DNA of 64,000 bases from Laetmonice hystrix (GCA_965235115.1 OZ249445.1:4340001-4404000); one strand, 5' to 3'; positions 1 to 12,216 are shown, counted from the first letter of the stretch. Numbers and translations are program-made. Notes: a model not told the origin generated them from the letters alone.

Positions 1-46
1 ATCGATTAACTGACATGATTTTTGTTTTTTGTTTGTTTTGGTCCAG

Positions 47-1219
47 GTGCCTCATCCAATTATTGAGGAGAAGTGTAAATCCAAGCTCCACCTGACGTTT
101 GATGTGAACAGCTTCAAACCGGAGGAAGTACATGTAAAGGTGGTTGGAGATAACATACTTGAGGTATGACTCTGTGGAGGGGACTTGTTGTTTTTGTGTG
201 CTCCTTTGACGGTGGGATAAAACACTCACTGAAGGAGAAGGCGTTAAGTATGTTCAAGAGGGACACAAGGGAATCTAGATCGAGTAAACATGGAGTCACT
301 ATGATGAAAACCTAAGTAGGCCTATATTGTCTATAAGCCGAATTATCGTCTGTCAGATGCCAGAGATAGACCCGCGTTTGATACCTTTTCCCTTTGGTTA
401 TTCTTTAAGGCAGCTGACCTACATAGCATTCACAATTGGTTGGCATAATTGGGCAATTAATTTGGATAGTGGCACACTCTGCAGAGCATGTTTTTCAATA
501 AGTCTGCGATACTTACCACTTACATATCTAACCGTATACTAAACTCAGCAGATCGCACAGTATCTTCATTTCATTTCATTTTATTCTCTCGGTCACTGTC
601 TCCTATACTACGGGAGGAGAAACCAGCAGACAATTACAGCCCTGATTAGGCAATATTTCGGTAGATATTCCAACAGTTATCAAAACAGTATCATTTCAAG
701 TAATCATCTCTCCGGGAGACTCCCGGACGGGGCGTTAAACACCACCTGTAGGACTTGATATCACTGCCTCCATATTAATTATTCTTTACTCAGAGACTTC
801 TTCGAAGAGTCCTAGAAATGTAAAATTTCCTCCTCTCATTGATACGGAGACTGATGTAAAGTTCTGTATATAAGACTTCCTCCCGCATTATATGTGGTAG
901 CTTCACTTAGTGATCCTATGATCAGGTTTATCAATATTGTAAACCTTGTTATACTCAAGACTCGGATGTCGGTGATACAATGCTAATGCCTAGTTTCGCC
1001 CCCGGCCACCAGGTGAACGCTGAGCATCACGAGAAGGACGACAAGTCGGAGAGTTACCGTCGGTACATACGTCACTTCTCACTACCGTCCGGCGTCGACG
1101 CTAACAACATCATCTCGGAGCTGTCGACAGACGGCGTTCTGACCATCGAGGCCCCCGCCCCGCCACTTTCGCCCGAGGAACGCCCCAAACCCATCGAATT
1201 CAAACCGGCAGCCAAGTGA
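47..1219 (+). CDS. Small heat-shock protein (HSP20/alpha-crystallin domain), last two coding exons; 5' exon(s) lie outside the window
   Basis: Exons 47-163 (ccag|GTG...GAG|gtatga, 39 codons, VPHPIIEEKCKSKLHLTFDVNSFKPEEVHVKVVGDNILE) and 1013-1219 (ccag|GTG...TGA, VNAEHHEKDDKSESYRRYIRHFSLPSGVDANNIISELSTDGVLTIEAP...KPIEFKPAAK), joined in phase 0. The hallmarks FDVxxFKPEE, R.F.LP and LS.DGVLTIEAP are present, with a C-terminal IxI-like motif (PIEF). Confidence 0.93.
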
Positions 1220-2441
1220 ACCAACCCACGGGCATGGAAAGCCGGGAGCCATAAAGTGATAGGATGTACAGCATCCCCTGATAGTGTAAAGTGTACCCAC
1301 ACTTAGAGAAGGCGGGCAATGCCCGGTATGTATCGCTGAGGATGGCAGAGGTCCAGGGAGCAGTTTAGACATTGTACATATGTTGTAAAGATGGACGTCA
1401 CGTACTCCCGTTAGATTTCAGGCTTTTTAAGGATCAGATTTAAAACTGCTTTGGTTGCCTAATCATGTGCGTTATCTGTTCATATACGTGTTGATTCATA
1501 GATATGATTGTCACACGTATAATGCTGGAGTTTGTTACGTACTTTTCGTACACCATTTAATTTTTAAGGTTATTCTCATAAACGTTAAACTTAACTGAGG
1601 TCCAAAATTTGTTGAAGGGGATCCCCTTCCACACTAAAACTGTATAAGGAACAGTAATTGGGTAATTAATGCGGCACTTCTCGCAAGCAATGTTATGGTG
1701 CATTATCCGTGCAGACTACGACACCCTGGTAGTACCAGTTACGTGATGTGATTTACGGGCAAGGCTGGCTTGAGGCCAGCGGTATTGAAAGTATGTACAT
1801 TGTTAACAAAAACACCTGCTATATTCATGGTACGTTATTTCTATACTATATATTTTTATTCCTGATTTTCCCTTATCCTTCGCTGTAGTATAAAATGGCT
1901 TCCAAGTGCAAGATCCATGGTTAGTACTACACTGGCTTCAGTTGTTATGTTGTTAAAGTTATAATTCAGTTGTTAAAATTAAAATAACGACGCAAAACAT
2001 GTGCTGTTTGAGAGACAGAGCGAAAAGTCTGATGGTTCACATAAGATTTTTGAAATCGGTAAGCATCTGTTGATTTTCTGAGCCAATTGTAATTTTGTTT
2101 ATAACTCTGTGTAAACAAAGGACGCGTATTATGGTTGTAGATCTAGTTTGGGGACACTGTACCTTGTTGCTATAGTTTATTTTTTCTAAAATAAAGAGTA
2201 ATGCCTCAGTCGACTTGTGTTCTTGTTTGTCCATTACACTTCCATCGATGCGACACGAAACGAAAAGATTCCCAACAAGTATTTTATATTTTTCTGTAAT
2301 ATAATATAATAATAAAATGTTCGACTAAAGGTCCAAGATTATACCAGACATACGTAGTCGAAGGTATAATCCTACACCTTTAGGTTTGTATTCATTGGCA
2401 CGAAAACTAGATCTAAAAATATCAGAATTGACCAACCTTAA

Positions 2442-2707
2442 ATTGGAACCCCAAATTCCTAACTTACCTTTGAACACCCGTGCCACCATCTTAAAATTTC
2501 AGGTTCGATCGAAAAGCGAAAGTATTTTAGAAATGGAGTTATGTTAGGGCCCCCGATTCACCGTTCGGCCTATAGAGTATGTCCAAATATGGTAACGGAA
2601 TCTGAGTGGAAGCCATTCGATACTTCTGCTTATCGCTCGAACCTGAAATTTTAAGATGGTGTCACTGGGGGTCAAGGGTAAGTATTTCAGGAATTTGGGG
2701 TGCCACT
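2442..2707. mobile_element. TTAA-flanked non-autonomous DNA transposon (MITE), Kolobok/piggyBac-like
   Basis: TTAA at 2438-2441 and 2708-2711. Long imperfect TIRs include caccatcttaaaatttcaggttcga / tcgaacctgaaattttaagatggtg. A second copy lies at 26446-26676. Confidence 0.8.
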
Positions 2708-2813
2708 TTAAAATCAGAAATGGTATATAATTTCAGTTTTTAACGAAGGCGATTGCATTCAAGACCGCCACTTTACAAAAAGGAGGAACACTTTCGACAT
2801 AAGTTGGTAACGG

Positions 2814-2819
2814 TTTATT
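2814..2819 (-). terminator. Putative poly(A) signal AATAAA immediately after the FANCE stop codon
   Basis: AATAAA on the minus strand, 5 nt past the TAA at 2825-2827. The hexamer is common in AT-rich DNA. Confidence 0.35.
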
Positions 2820-2824
2820 TACAA

Positions 2825-5800
2825 TTATACCGTGAGTTTATTCAGTGCTGCTGTGGCTGATTTCTTGAGGAATGTCTTGTTCACATCCAGGACATGTCTA
2901 AATGCCGTTATATCGGCTGGCGTGAACTGGAAAAGAAAATGATATTTTATTACTTTGTTTTGTACATCTGTAGACATGGGAGTGAACCCCGATGAAAAGG
3001 TGGGAAAATTCACCCTGTTATTGGCCTAGTACAGCGTTTAAAGGTCAGGCAAAGGTACAAATCCGATCTCATGCCTGAACCTGGATCCGTGCCTATATGT
3101 TACCATCGGTACATTCACGATTTTTGCACTCACCTGCTTTCCATACTTGTTGATGACGGCCAAGGTGAGTTTAGCAAATTTCAGGTTGTCAGACATGGCG
3201 AGCCCACTGGCCTGAAGGCTTGTCACGACCCCGCTCAGAATCTGGGTCGTGAGCGGACTCTGTAACAACAACCAGCAAGATAGACAAACCTAAATGGTTG
3301 AGTCAACGTTCAACAATGTGGCCTTCCTGTTTATGAATACTTCGGGAGAAACTTTGCCATAATTGCCTACAAATTACAGAAAAATGGAATCTAATTGTAT
3401 CACTTCTGACTGTGCTTCAGTGTAACAGTATCAAAAACGGGACTCGACCACGGTATCGTAAATCAGGTCTTACAGCACTTTTTGCTTTCCTTCACCTTCA
3501 CCATAGACATAAAAACGGATTTTGTGTCAATGCTTTAAGGAATTCTGAACTATGCAGAACGTGTAAAATTCCTTTGCTCCCTGTTTTGCTATGGGTACCT
3601 TAGTTGCCAAATTCATATGCCAATATATAATCCTGCACGTGAATTATAGTTTGTTATATTGTGTGATGTCCATAGTTTATTTATGGTCTCCTTCGCACAT
3701 ATACCATATTGTCCACAGTTATTGAGTTAAAGCGCCCAAACATAAACCCAGGTTTATACGTGAACCCATCTTAAAGCGACATAAGTGGGAACCATCAGTC
3801 TTTCTCCTAGTTCAAAAACAAAAATCCCCCTCCAAATATTACCTTATTTGATTGTGACTGTGGTTCCCCTGGAGGTTACCCTGGCGAGTACAGGAGGGGG
3901 GGGGGGAGCAGTTCTCACCTTCATATCGACTAGCGTCTGTACAGCTGTGAGCACCGGCTCTGTCCAAACGCCACCACAATCCACCAGGTGGCTGAAATGT
4001 AACATTGTTACACGTAAGCCATATAACTTGGGGAAGCTAATGTAGTCTCCTGTAAAAGCAGATATACTAATATTTTTTGTTATTTCTTCTTTTTATATTT
4101 ATCTATTTTATTTAGTTTTTTCTTGGGTTGGGACAGGGCGGGTGGTGGTGCTTACACTCACCTGAGAAAATCAGTTCTATGCTGAACTGTGAACGGCTCT
4201 CTTAGAATCCGAACCACCAGATCAGCCTGTGCGCCACCTGGTGAGAATAATCGTCATAAATCGGGTAAAATTTACAAATGACATGAATTATTCGTTCCCT
4301 TCAGTGTAGAAAGTACAATTTACCAGAGAGGACCAAGAATTCCTGGCTTTATAAAAATGTCACTGTACGTAACCCCTAACGTTGAAATCAAATGTCGAAC
4401 AGACATTCAGATTCCTTGACCTACCACTTTGAGACGAGTTTGTGGAGGGTACCAACACGCCCTCTATCGTCTGTTTGGGGAAATGCCTGGCGAAGATCGT
4501 GACGGCTCCTAGCAACAACCGGGACGCTGGCTGGGTGAGTGACATGACCTGGGGGTCAAACAAGACTGGTACTGTTACCACGGGGACGGAACTAGGGGTG
4601 AGGGAGAGCGAGAGACAGAGTGGGGAATGTGGGAGGAAAGAAGGGATATTAAACAATGCAATAAAATAATTTGTAAAGATTACCTTTGGAAGAATGCAAG
4701 CTTGCGCAAAGCACACAGCGTTTGTGTGACTTAATTCTTCTGCTATAGATGCTACGTGCTGGCAGGCAGTTACCATGGAAACCTCTGATAAGGAGGACAG
4801 TTCCATATGATCAATCATGACTCGCATCTGTCGGGTAGAAAAATAATTTATTATATAAGTAAACAAGAGTTCATCAGCAAAGTTTATTTTTAACAGATCA
4901 CAGTTTTCAGATCACAAGATTATATTATCATTTTTGATGATTTATGACTGCCAAAATTTGTTTCCACCACATTGAAGATGGTTGACATTCTTGAGTATGT
5001 ATTGGACCCAGGGCATTAGCAGTACAAAACATTCCTTGTACATGGGACAGAGGTCTGTCAATGTCATCATCATCATACATACAACTAAACTTTAATAAAG
5101 TCTTCAATACCTGGTCCGGAGTACGCCCGAGCAGCTTCTTGAGGTCATGGGGTGCAACGTCAGGGTCGGCTGTCCCACTGTGCCATAGCTCCTTCAGTTC
5201 ACTAATATCATTCTGCGCCAGAAAAACGTAAAGGTCTATATGAAATTTATTTAGGTTGATAAAAAGTGTTAAAATATTTCTGCAAAGGGAAGGGCAGGAC
5301 TAACCATTCCAACATATCTGATTGTATCATAGAAAACTATTCAGTAAATGCGTACTGAAAAACATAATGATAAACATGTAGAAACATGTACGATAGGTCT
5401 ACACTGTAGGATTGGTGTAACTGCGGTATGTGTGCGAGTCTGATGCAATGGGGGGGGGGGGGGGGGGGCTGGGTCACAAGGGCAGGCAGGCAGTGTCCCG
5501 TAACAGGTTGGCATGGAGCATTTCATTACCATACTGACAGATAGTGACATCATGCTAGACAGTCAAACAATGACTTTCTCCCTCCACTGAGGCAGGTCAG
5601 GAATTACATCAAGCTAACCTGTGTGCTGGTGCTTCTATCATTGTCACATTGCCTGACAACTTGTAGGCAAACTGTGAAACATTTCTGCATGCATTTACAT
5701 AAAAAAAAACTACCAAATAAATTACATGGAAATGACTATCTCTAAGAAGTTTCACATCCTGTGGGTAAAAATCCTCGTTACGTTTTCCTAGTACTACATA

Positions 5801-7371
5801 CCTGTAAACTGAGATCAGGCCCAGTAGAAGCTGGTCCACTTTTTTCGACCAAATCAACTGTAATAACCAAATCACACTCATGGTCAACTTCAGCATGACG
5901 TCTTGCTGAATTCTACCCTACTAAAAATACCACGGCTAAATATTACTAATGGTTTCAACCAAGGCGCATGAATAACCTTTCCACCCCACATCCTGAATGC
6001 TTTCTCTTTTATTGTTTGACGACCACCATTATTATCTGCTTGAGTCAACACCACAGCAGGCTTGCACTCACTTTGTGACTCGTCCAGTTTTAACCTTTTC
6101 TTGGGTGTGTCTTCTCCTGAAGGAACTCCCTCCATGTGTGGCGTGTGGCTGGGGCCGACCGATGGAGTGTCCACATCAATGGCCCCCGGAACACTCAGTG
6201 GGATGTCCTTATCTACAGCTCGATACAAGACCAGGTTTTAAAAGTCTAAGTAGGGAATTTAAAGTCAGCCGTTTTCAATATTTTTCTTGTTTTATGTTGT
6301 TGTGACAGATTATTCTGTAGTTAAATTAACCGGACACTGGTCAGAAATCATGGATGTATGCTACACTTGAAATTTGGTTCCGAAGCAAAGAATGCATGTC
6401 ACCTAACATGTTGACTGATTAATCAAACCCCACTGAAGTATTGACCACTGAGGTGATGAGGCTGAGGAAAATCAGAACTTCAAGCCAATACATGTACTCA
6501 CTTCTTTGTGGAGAGTACCATGTACCTTTTGATACAATGTTTGTCCCCCACGGATTTCCACTAGCTTGACTACTATCAGCCTCACGGATCTTGGATACAA
6601 GAGTTCTCATCTGACTTTCCATTGCTGCACTAAATTTGTATCCAGTCCATGGTTTGGGTTTTTGAGAATCAGTTATGGGGAGACCGTCCCCGAGTTTTCC
6701 AACCAGAAATTTGATCCAGTGATCAGTGCTGTCATGGTCCTTCATGACCTTGACGAACTTCTCAAGGTCATGATCTGGGATCTCATGCCGATGATGGTAT
6801 AAGAAAGCAAGCAATAACTTCTGTAGGTGATCCCTGAAGTGCAATACACGTGGTTTGCTGGAAGATTAAGAGACAGCTCTATCACATGACAATGTCTGCA
6901 AACTCATTAGCAGGGAATTCAATTTTTTCTATGTAGGCCTATTTCCTCTTTTCCCCCCAAATGATTGATCTGTATAATTATGGATGTTTAAATAGTGTCA
7001 CCATATTTGGTTTTTTAGTTAGAAATTGAATAAGAGAATGTATTTTAAAGTAAAACTGTACGTGGTATGGTAATTTTAACTAACTCTGAATGGATCTAGA
7101 ATTCTAGATCCCATACTGTGTCTGTATTACATGTAACTTACAAAATTAGTTTATTGTCCTTGACCTGTGGCTCTTCTTCAATCAGTGCACCCATGAGGTC
7201 TGTCCAAGACAACCACTCTTGTCCAGTGTTGGAGTCAAACCTTTTCCGAAACCAGGACTCTGCTGCCAGTAATGCCCGTTGCTGAGCAGACAGTACATGA
7301 AAGAGACCTTGCCATGCCTGGGGAATCTTAGCAACCTGGTCTGAAGCACCTGGGCCTGACGCTGCACACAT
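2825..7371 (-). CDS. FANCE: Fanconi anemia group E protein
   Basis: Phase-consistent GT-AG exons (minus strand): 7142-7371 (acceptor at 7392), 6502-6857, 6072-6212, 5802-5857, 5111-5212, 4684-4827, 4425-4548, 4162-4237, 3919-3991, 3134-3259, 2825-2926. The N-terminus SWTDLMGALIEEEPQVKDNKLIFKP resembles human FANCE DWGRLLEALCREEP..LELKP. The C-terminal SLTQPASRLLLGAV, GGAQADLV, NLKFAKLTLAVINKY and NKTFLKKSATAAL match the FANCE C-terminal domain as I recall it. The two linker exons (6072-6212, 5802-5857) are less certain. Confidence 0.9.
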
Positions 7372-7899
7372 TGTAATGATGCACAAGTTCTTCTACAAAT
7401 AAATGAAAAGTGGAAAGTAGAGTTAGCTAAATAAAGTGCTCTGCAGTCAATAATATTATAGATCAAAGGATGGCCAATTTATAAATTAATTGTTCCAAGG
7501 ACAAAGTATAAATATTTATATACTTTAATGTTGTTTTTTTTTGTTGCACCTGCCAGTGACTTTGTATGGTTCACCGGGCTGCACCCTATATTTTGCCCCA
7601 GGTGTTTTTGTTTTTTAAAAAAAGGCAGCCAAAACTTTATGCGTTATGGCCATGCTATGCCTATGCTAAGCCTAACCGTTATGGCTATGCTATGCCTATG
7701 GCGGAAGGGCATGGCTAGGTTTTCACAACTTTCCATTCTCACTCAGTGTCCGCATATGATGGTGTAGGAGGCCCATGCCATGATAGGCATATGGCATTTA
7801 CCGTACGTGTCAACTCACAGTCACCTACACCAGACTTCTCGGTTAACTGTTACTGTGAACACATCAAATGACAGTCACAAGTGGGTGTCAGACAGCTGT

Positions 7900-8400
7900 C
7901 ACGTTTTCATGTTGCCGCCGGGTGACGTCACTGTTGTCTGACCCAGTTTTGATAGGCGAGCCGTGACAAGCAACAGGGAAGTGCTCGATCGCCAAGGCAA
8001 CTGGCGTTGTGACGGTGCAAACGGCCTTCACTAGTTGACAGGTCAACATAAAGTCTTTCAAAAGGCTACACAGCGTTGTTTAGATATTGTTTTTGCGAAA
8101 ATTATGATAGTTTTCCAGCATGATGCAACATCACAGTGGCCTACAATGTCCTTGACCCTACCATGTCCTATGACTTCCGGTATATTATACCGCGAGAAGA
8201 GGTGTTTAAATATTTAAGTATTAAGCCCACATCACACCTTGTGTCACCTTCCGATTTTAAAATATTAGCTCAATATGTGTCGTGTATTTAAAATATACCA
8301 AACCAATAATTTTAAATACTGAAGACAAATTGATGTGGAACTACTTTATTTCGCGGTTTTGCAGGTACTATTTCCTGAACGTTCTGGGAGCTACGCGCGC
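7900..8400. promoter_or_regulatory. Divergent (bidirectional) promoter region for FANCE and PPP1R15
   Basis: Lies between head-to-head genes. Contains CRE TGACGTCA (7923-7930), C/EBP-ATF-like TGATGCAAC (8121-8129), ETS ACTTCCGG (8173-8180) and a three-unit heat-shock element TTCctGAAcgTTC (8372-8384). Confidence 0.6.
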
Positions 8401-8794
8401 TAAGGTGAACTGATTGTTATAACTGTGACCTAAAATGACCAGAACGGAATACACACTCAGTAATTGTCAGCTTTAACGTGTTTACGGCAAAATGGAGTTA
8501 AACAACGGCGTTGAATCTTCAGTTAAGTACAGTATTTATAACCAGGAGATTGTACACCACAAAGTTACATCCATTATCAGTTGGAATATGAATTTGTTGA
8601 AGACTTATGTGAAACCCCTGAAGGTGATAACCAGAAGAAAACAGGCGGAGTTTATTCAGTCAGCTGAATGGAAGTTCTGGCTAGGAATGATTCATCCACC
8701 CACATGGGAAGAATGACGTCGCAACTGAATACTTCCTCGTAAAATAACTTCTTTCAGTTTCTCATGGTCATCTTACTGGTTCTGTTTGATTGCC

Positions 8795-11544
8795 ATGGAT
8801 ACCCTGAGCAAGTTACTTGGAGTCAACAAAAGTGAAGTGCAGCACGTGTTCGACTTCGGACAGTTGAAGCCCAGTCGTAGCATTTCACATCTGTCGTCAA
8901 ACTCGAGGGCTTCAGGCCTACGGAAATTTGTTCGCTTAAATAGCCATGGTGAGATGTCATCAGACGATGACAACGATATAGTGTGTACAAGTCAGAGTTA
9001 CAATTCACCAATATCAAGCTGGTCCGAATTCAACAGAATGGGGGGATTTCCTGCATATAAAACTGAAAATAATGTGATGAGTTTAGGAATGGAGGCCCAT
9101 AAGTCTAAGAACTGTTACCAAACTGAAAGGGAGGGGCCTAGGAGCTCAGATCCTAGAACTGGTATCCTTCCTTATCAGGTGAACACTGATAATATGGCTT
9201 GTAACAATGAAAGCCGAGGAAGGATGTTTGCAAAGTCCGGATTGCCTACAAACGGATACAATAATTATTGCAGGTCAATACCTTCTCAGAGGAATGGAGG
9301 ACTTTTCAAAGGTTTCCAAGGACATCATTGGAATGTGGTAAACCAGCATCAAGGTATGAATGTACCTGGTGCCCAGTATAATGTACCAATTCCCAGCCAT
9401 GAATGGCACTATAATAATACTTCACAGTGGCAAGGGATGTACCCTCACAGTCACCAGATGGCGCCCCCAGGACTACACTTGACGCAGGCAAATTCTTTCC
9501 CAGCTTGTGGGCATGTACAGATGAACAATATACCTCATCTCCCAGGGCCTAGGGTGGGCATGCAATACATGCCAGTGTATACTGTTGTGGCGGGTATGAT
9601 GCCCATATGGTTTGGAGGTGTCTGGGATTATCAGCCATTGGTTTTGCAGCAGTCACAACAAATTGCTAACTTCAGCTACAGAACTCCGAGGGCAGCTCCA
9701 AGAAAGTATGCCATACCCCATCGAAAATTTACACAGCAGTCTTCCAATACAACTAAAAGTTTTAATGTCGTAGCAGAATTACCAAGCAGCGGTCAGGCAC
9801 AGAAAAATGAACACTGTCACCAGGTGCAAAGGGAAGCTAGTTTAGGGAATACCACCAAATCTGACTCTTATTTGCCCTCCAATAATGGTATGCTAAGGGC
9901 AGATGTAGACTCCTCCAACTGTGATTCAGAGATTGTTTCATCTGCTACTTCAGCAGTGGATAAACTTGCTAAGATCTTCAATCATTTAGATGTGGCAAGT
10001 TCTGCTGTGGAAAGCCATAACAATGTTCCTAGACCTCAAGTGTATGACAACCAAGGAACACAGTCTGTGATATCAGAAATGGAATCTAAAAGGCAGCAAG
10101 AACTCTTTCAAGAGAAGATAATAGTCAATGATGGAAAAGATAAGTTAACTGCTGACGATAAAGTCATCTCAGGGGGCCCTAAATGTGCCTTTAGTCTTGT
10201 ACAGAAAATGGCAGACTCTTCAGGAAGCAAAGATTTGGTCGAGTCAAAACCACAAGACAAAAGAGGACACCAGCATGCGGGTGCCTGCCATCTACCACAA
10301 CCATGCAAAATGGTGTTTGGCTCACTTCCTAAACTGGTGCAGCGGAAAAAGAAAAAGGCCAGACCATCCGCAGAGAAGCGCCGTAGAAGGAAGACAGGCA
10401 GAGGACAAGTCTGTGCAGAAAGAACAAACACACCTCAAATCAGCAATAAAAAACTGAAGACTGTTGAACAGAGCACCACCAAAAGTGACTCCAGTCAGTC
10501 GCAAGCAGATTCAGAATGTAGTGTAAAAAAGACTCCCTGTCAGATGTCTAAAACAGTTGCATTTATCCTTGGCTTGGATATAAATGATGATCATATTGAG
10601 GAAGATGCTGGCAGTGACTTTGATGACGAATCAACCCCAGCTGGCATCAAGACATCCTTGTCCTTCATTGTTGGGGGCTCAGACTCAGACTTTGATGAGA
10701 GTGACAGTCTTGATGGGTGCAGTGGAGGGACAACCGAAGCTGACCTTTCTGGTATCTTGGAGGGCCTTACACCATACTCTGACCCATACAATCCACTTAA
10801 CTTCCATGTCCACTGCAGCATTCAGTCCACACCAATCAAGAAATGTGTGTCTGCCCCAGAACTAATCCAGGTAGCCAAGGAGGAAGAAAAGTTAACTAAG
10901 GAATTAGGGAAACGGGACTTTTCAGGAGATGTTGCTGCACAACCTCAGTTGCTTGGGAAAAAGGTATTAAATTTTAATTTTTTTAGGGCAAGGCAAGTGT
11001 TGCCTTGCCCTCCGGCAAGTGGGGAGGGCAACCACGGCACTTGCCGTGGTTGCCATGCCTTAATTCGAGGCCTGGTATTTATTCCTTATGTCTTTTCTGA
11101 TTTCATAATTAACAAATGACCAAAGAAGTTATGTGTCTGTATATAAATTTAATGTTTTTAAAGTCAAAATTTTAACGATAGTTTGAAACAAATTTATGTA
11201 TCAATGAAGTTTAAATTAGGATTTAAAAAAAACTTTTTGCATAGCTGAACCTAACAATCTTTTCTTGTTGAATGGAGAAAGAATAAATGACGGTTGTAAC
11301 CAATTTCATGTTAATTTTTCAGGTACAGTTTGCCCGTGACCCTGACCTTGCTACTGTGTATGTCCTGGAAGACTATCCTGAGGAATATCAAGAGGCCCGC
11401 AAGGGACCTTGGGAGTATTACGCCTTAGACCGGTGTCGGTTTATGAATCGTGTGGAAGAAGTTGACCAAGCCATTGGGCATGTGTTTGATTCGGAGCATC
11501 GCAGACGTATATTCAATGAGCGCTTTCTTTTGGTGGACAACTGA
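8795..11544 (+). CDS. PPP1R15: Protein phosphatase 1 regulatory subunit 15 family (GADD34/CReP-like eIF2alpha phosphatase subunit), about 796 aa
   Basis: Exon 8795-10963 (gccATGg Kozak; ...GGG AAA AAG|gtatta) splices in phase 0 to 11323-11544 (tttttcag|GTA CAG TTT). This creates the PP1-binding RVxF motif KKVQF, followed by RKGPWEYYALDRCRFMNRV, the family's eIF2alpha-binding signature. The upstream DPYNPLNF motif is typical of PPP1R15B. The track's 777-aa ORF reads into the intron. Confidence 0.92.
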
Positions 11545-12216
11545 ATAAATGTGGTTATTAGGCTGTCCAGTATCTTGAATTTTAACATTCATTTCACTCC
11601 AAGGTCCAGAATTGGAAAGGTTGTTTTGTTACATAAAGAACTAGTCTAATATTCTCACGATTGTGAACTAGGGATAGAAAAGTTATGTAGTCCCACCGCC
11701 AGTTCACAACATTTTATATTCAGATTTGACTACATTATGCTACATTAATGCTCCTTTTTTAGAATTAGTCCATGAAAACGATTTTTGTTTATGTGTACAC
11801 TCTTTTATTGAATGACATTGGACATCACCTAATCATGCCTGTAAGTGAAAGATCGACAAGACCACTGATATCTTGAAATTTCTTATACAGACTGGTTGAA
11901 ATCTAAGCCTAAGACTTTGCAGTTCTTTGCAACGAGTTGTCAAAAGATATTTACCGTATGCAGGCATGTATGCAAAGTTGAAGGGACCAAGGTTCGTCCA
12001 TGTTTATGTTTAATATGGTGCTTGACTTTTTCCATTTTTTTCTTGATTTGAAATGATGAATGAGAACGGAAAGCAGTATTTATGCATCTTATTTAGGCAA
12101 GGGTGCCCAGTTGTTGTGATACACAAGCCAAAGGAACGATTAGCTAAATATATCATATGGATGAAGAACGTTTTTGCTTTTCCTATACATCACTAACATC
12201 AGATGTAAATATTAAA

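Noticed and set aside
790-820. Heat-shock element in the sHSP intron
   Set aside because: The TTC/GAA triplets are not at the required 2-nt spacing.
5609-5655. Extra FANCE exon (gtcag|GCAATG...CACAG|gttagc)
   Set aside because: Its phases do not fit between the phase-0 end at 5802 and the exon at 5212; the gene reads through without it.
10964-11119. C-terminus of the 777-aa ORF as the real PPP1R15 end
   Set aside because: It is intron read-through; the conserved VQF...W...DR.RF module lies in the next exon (11323-11544).
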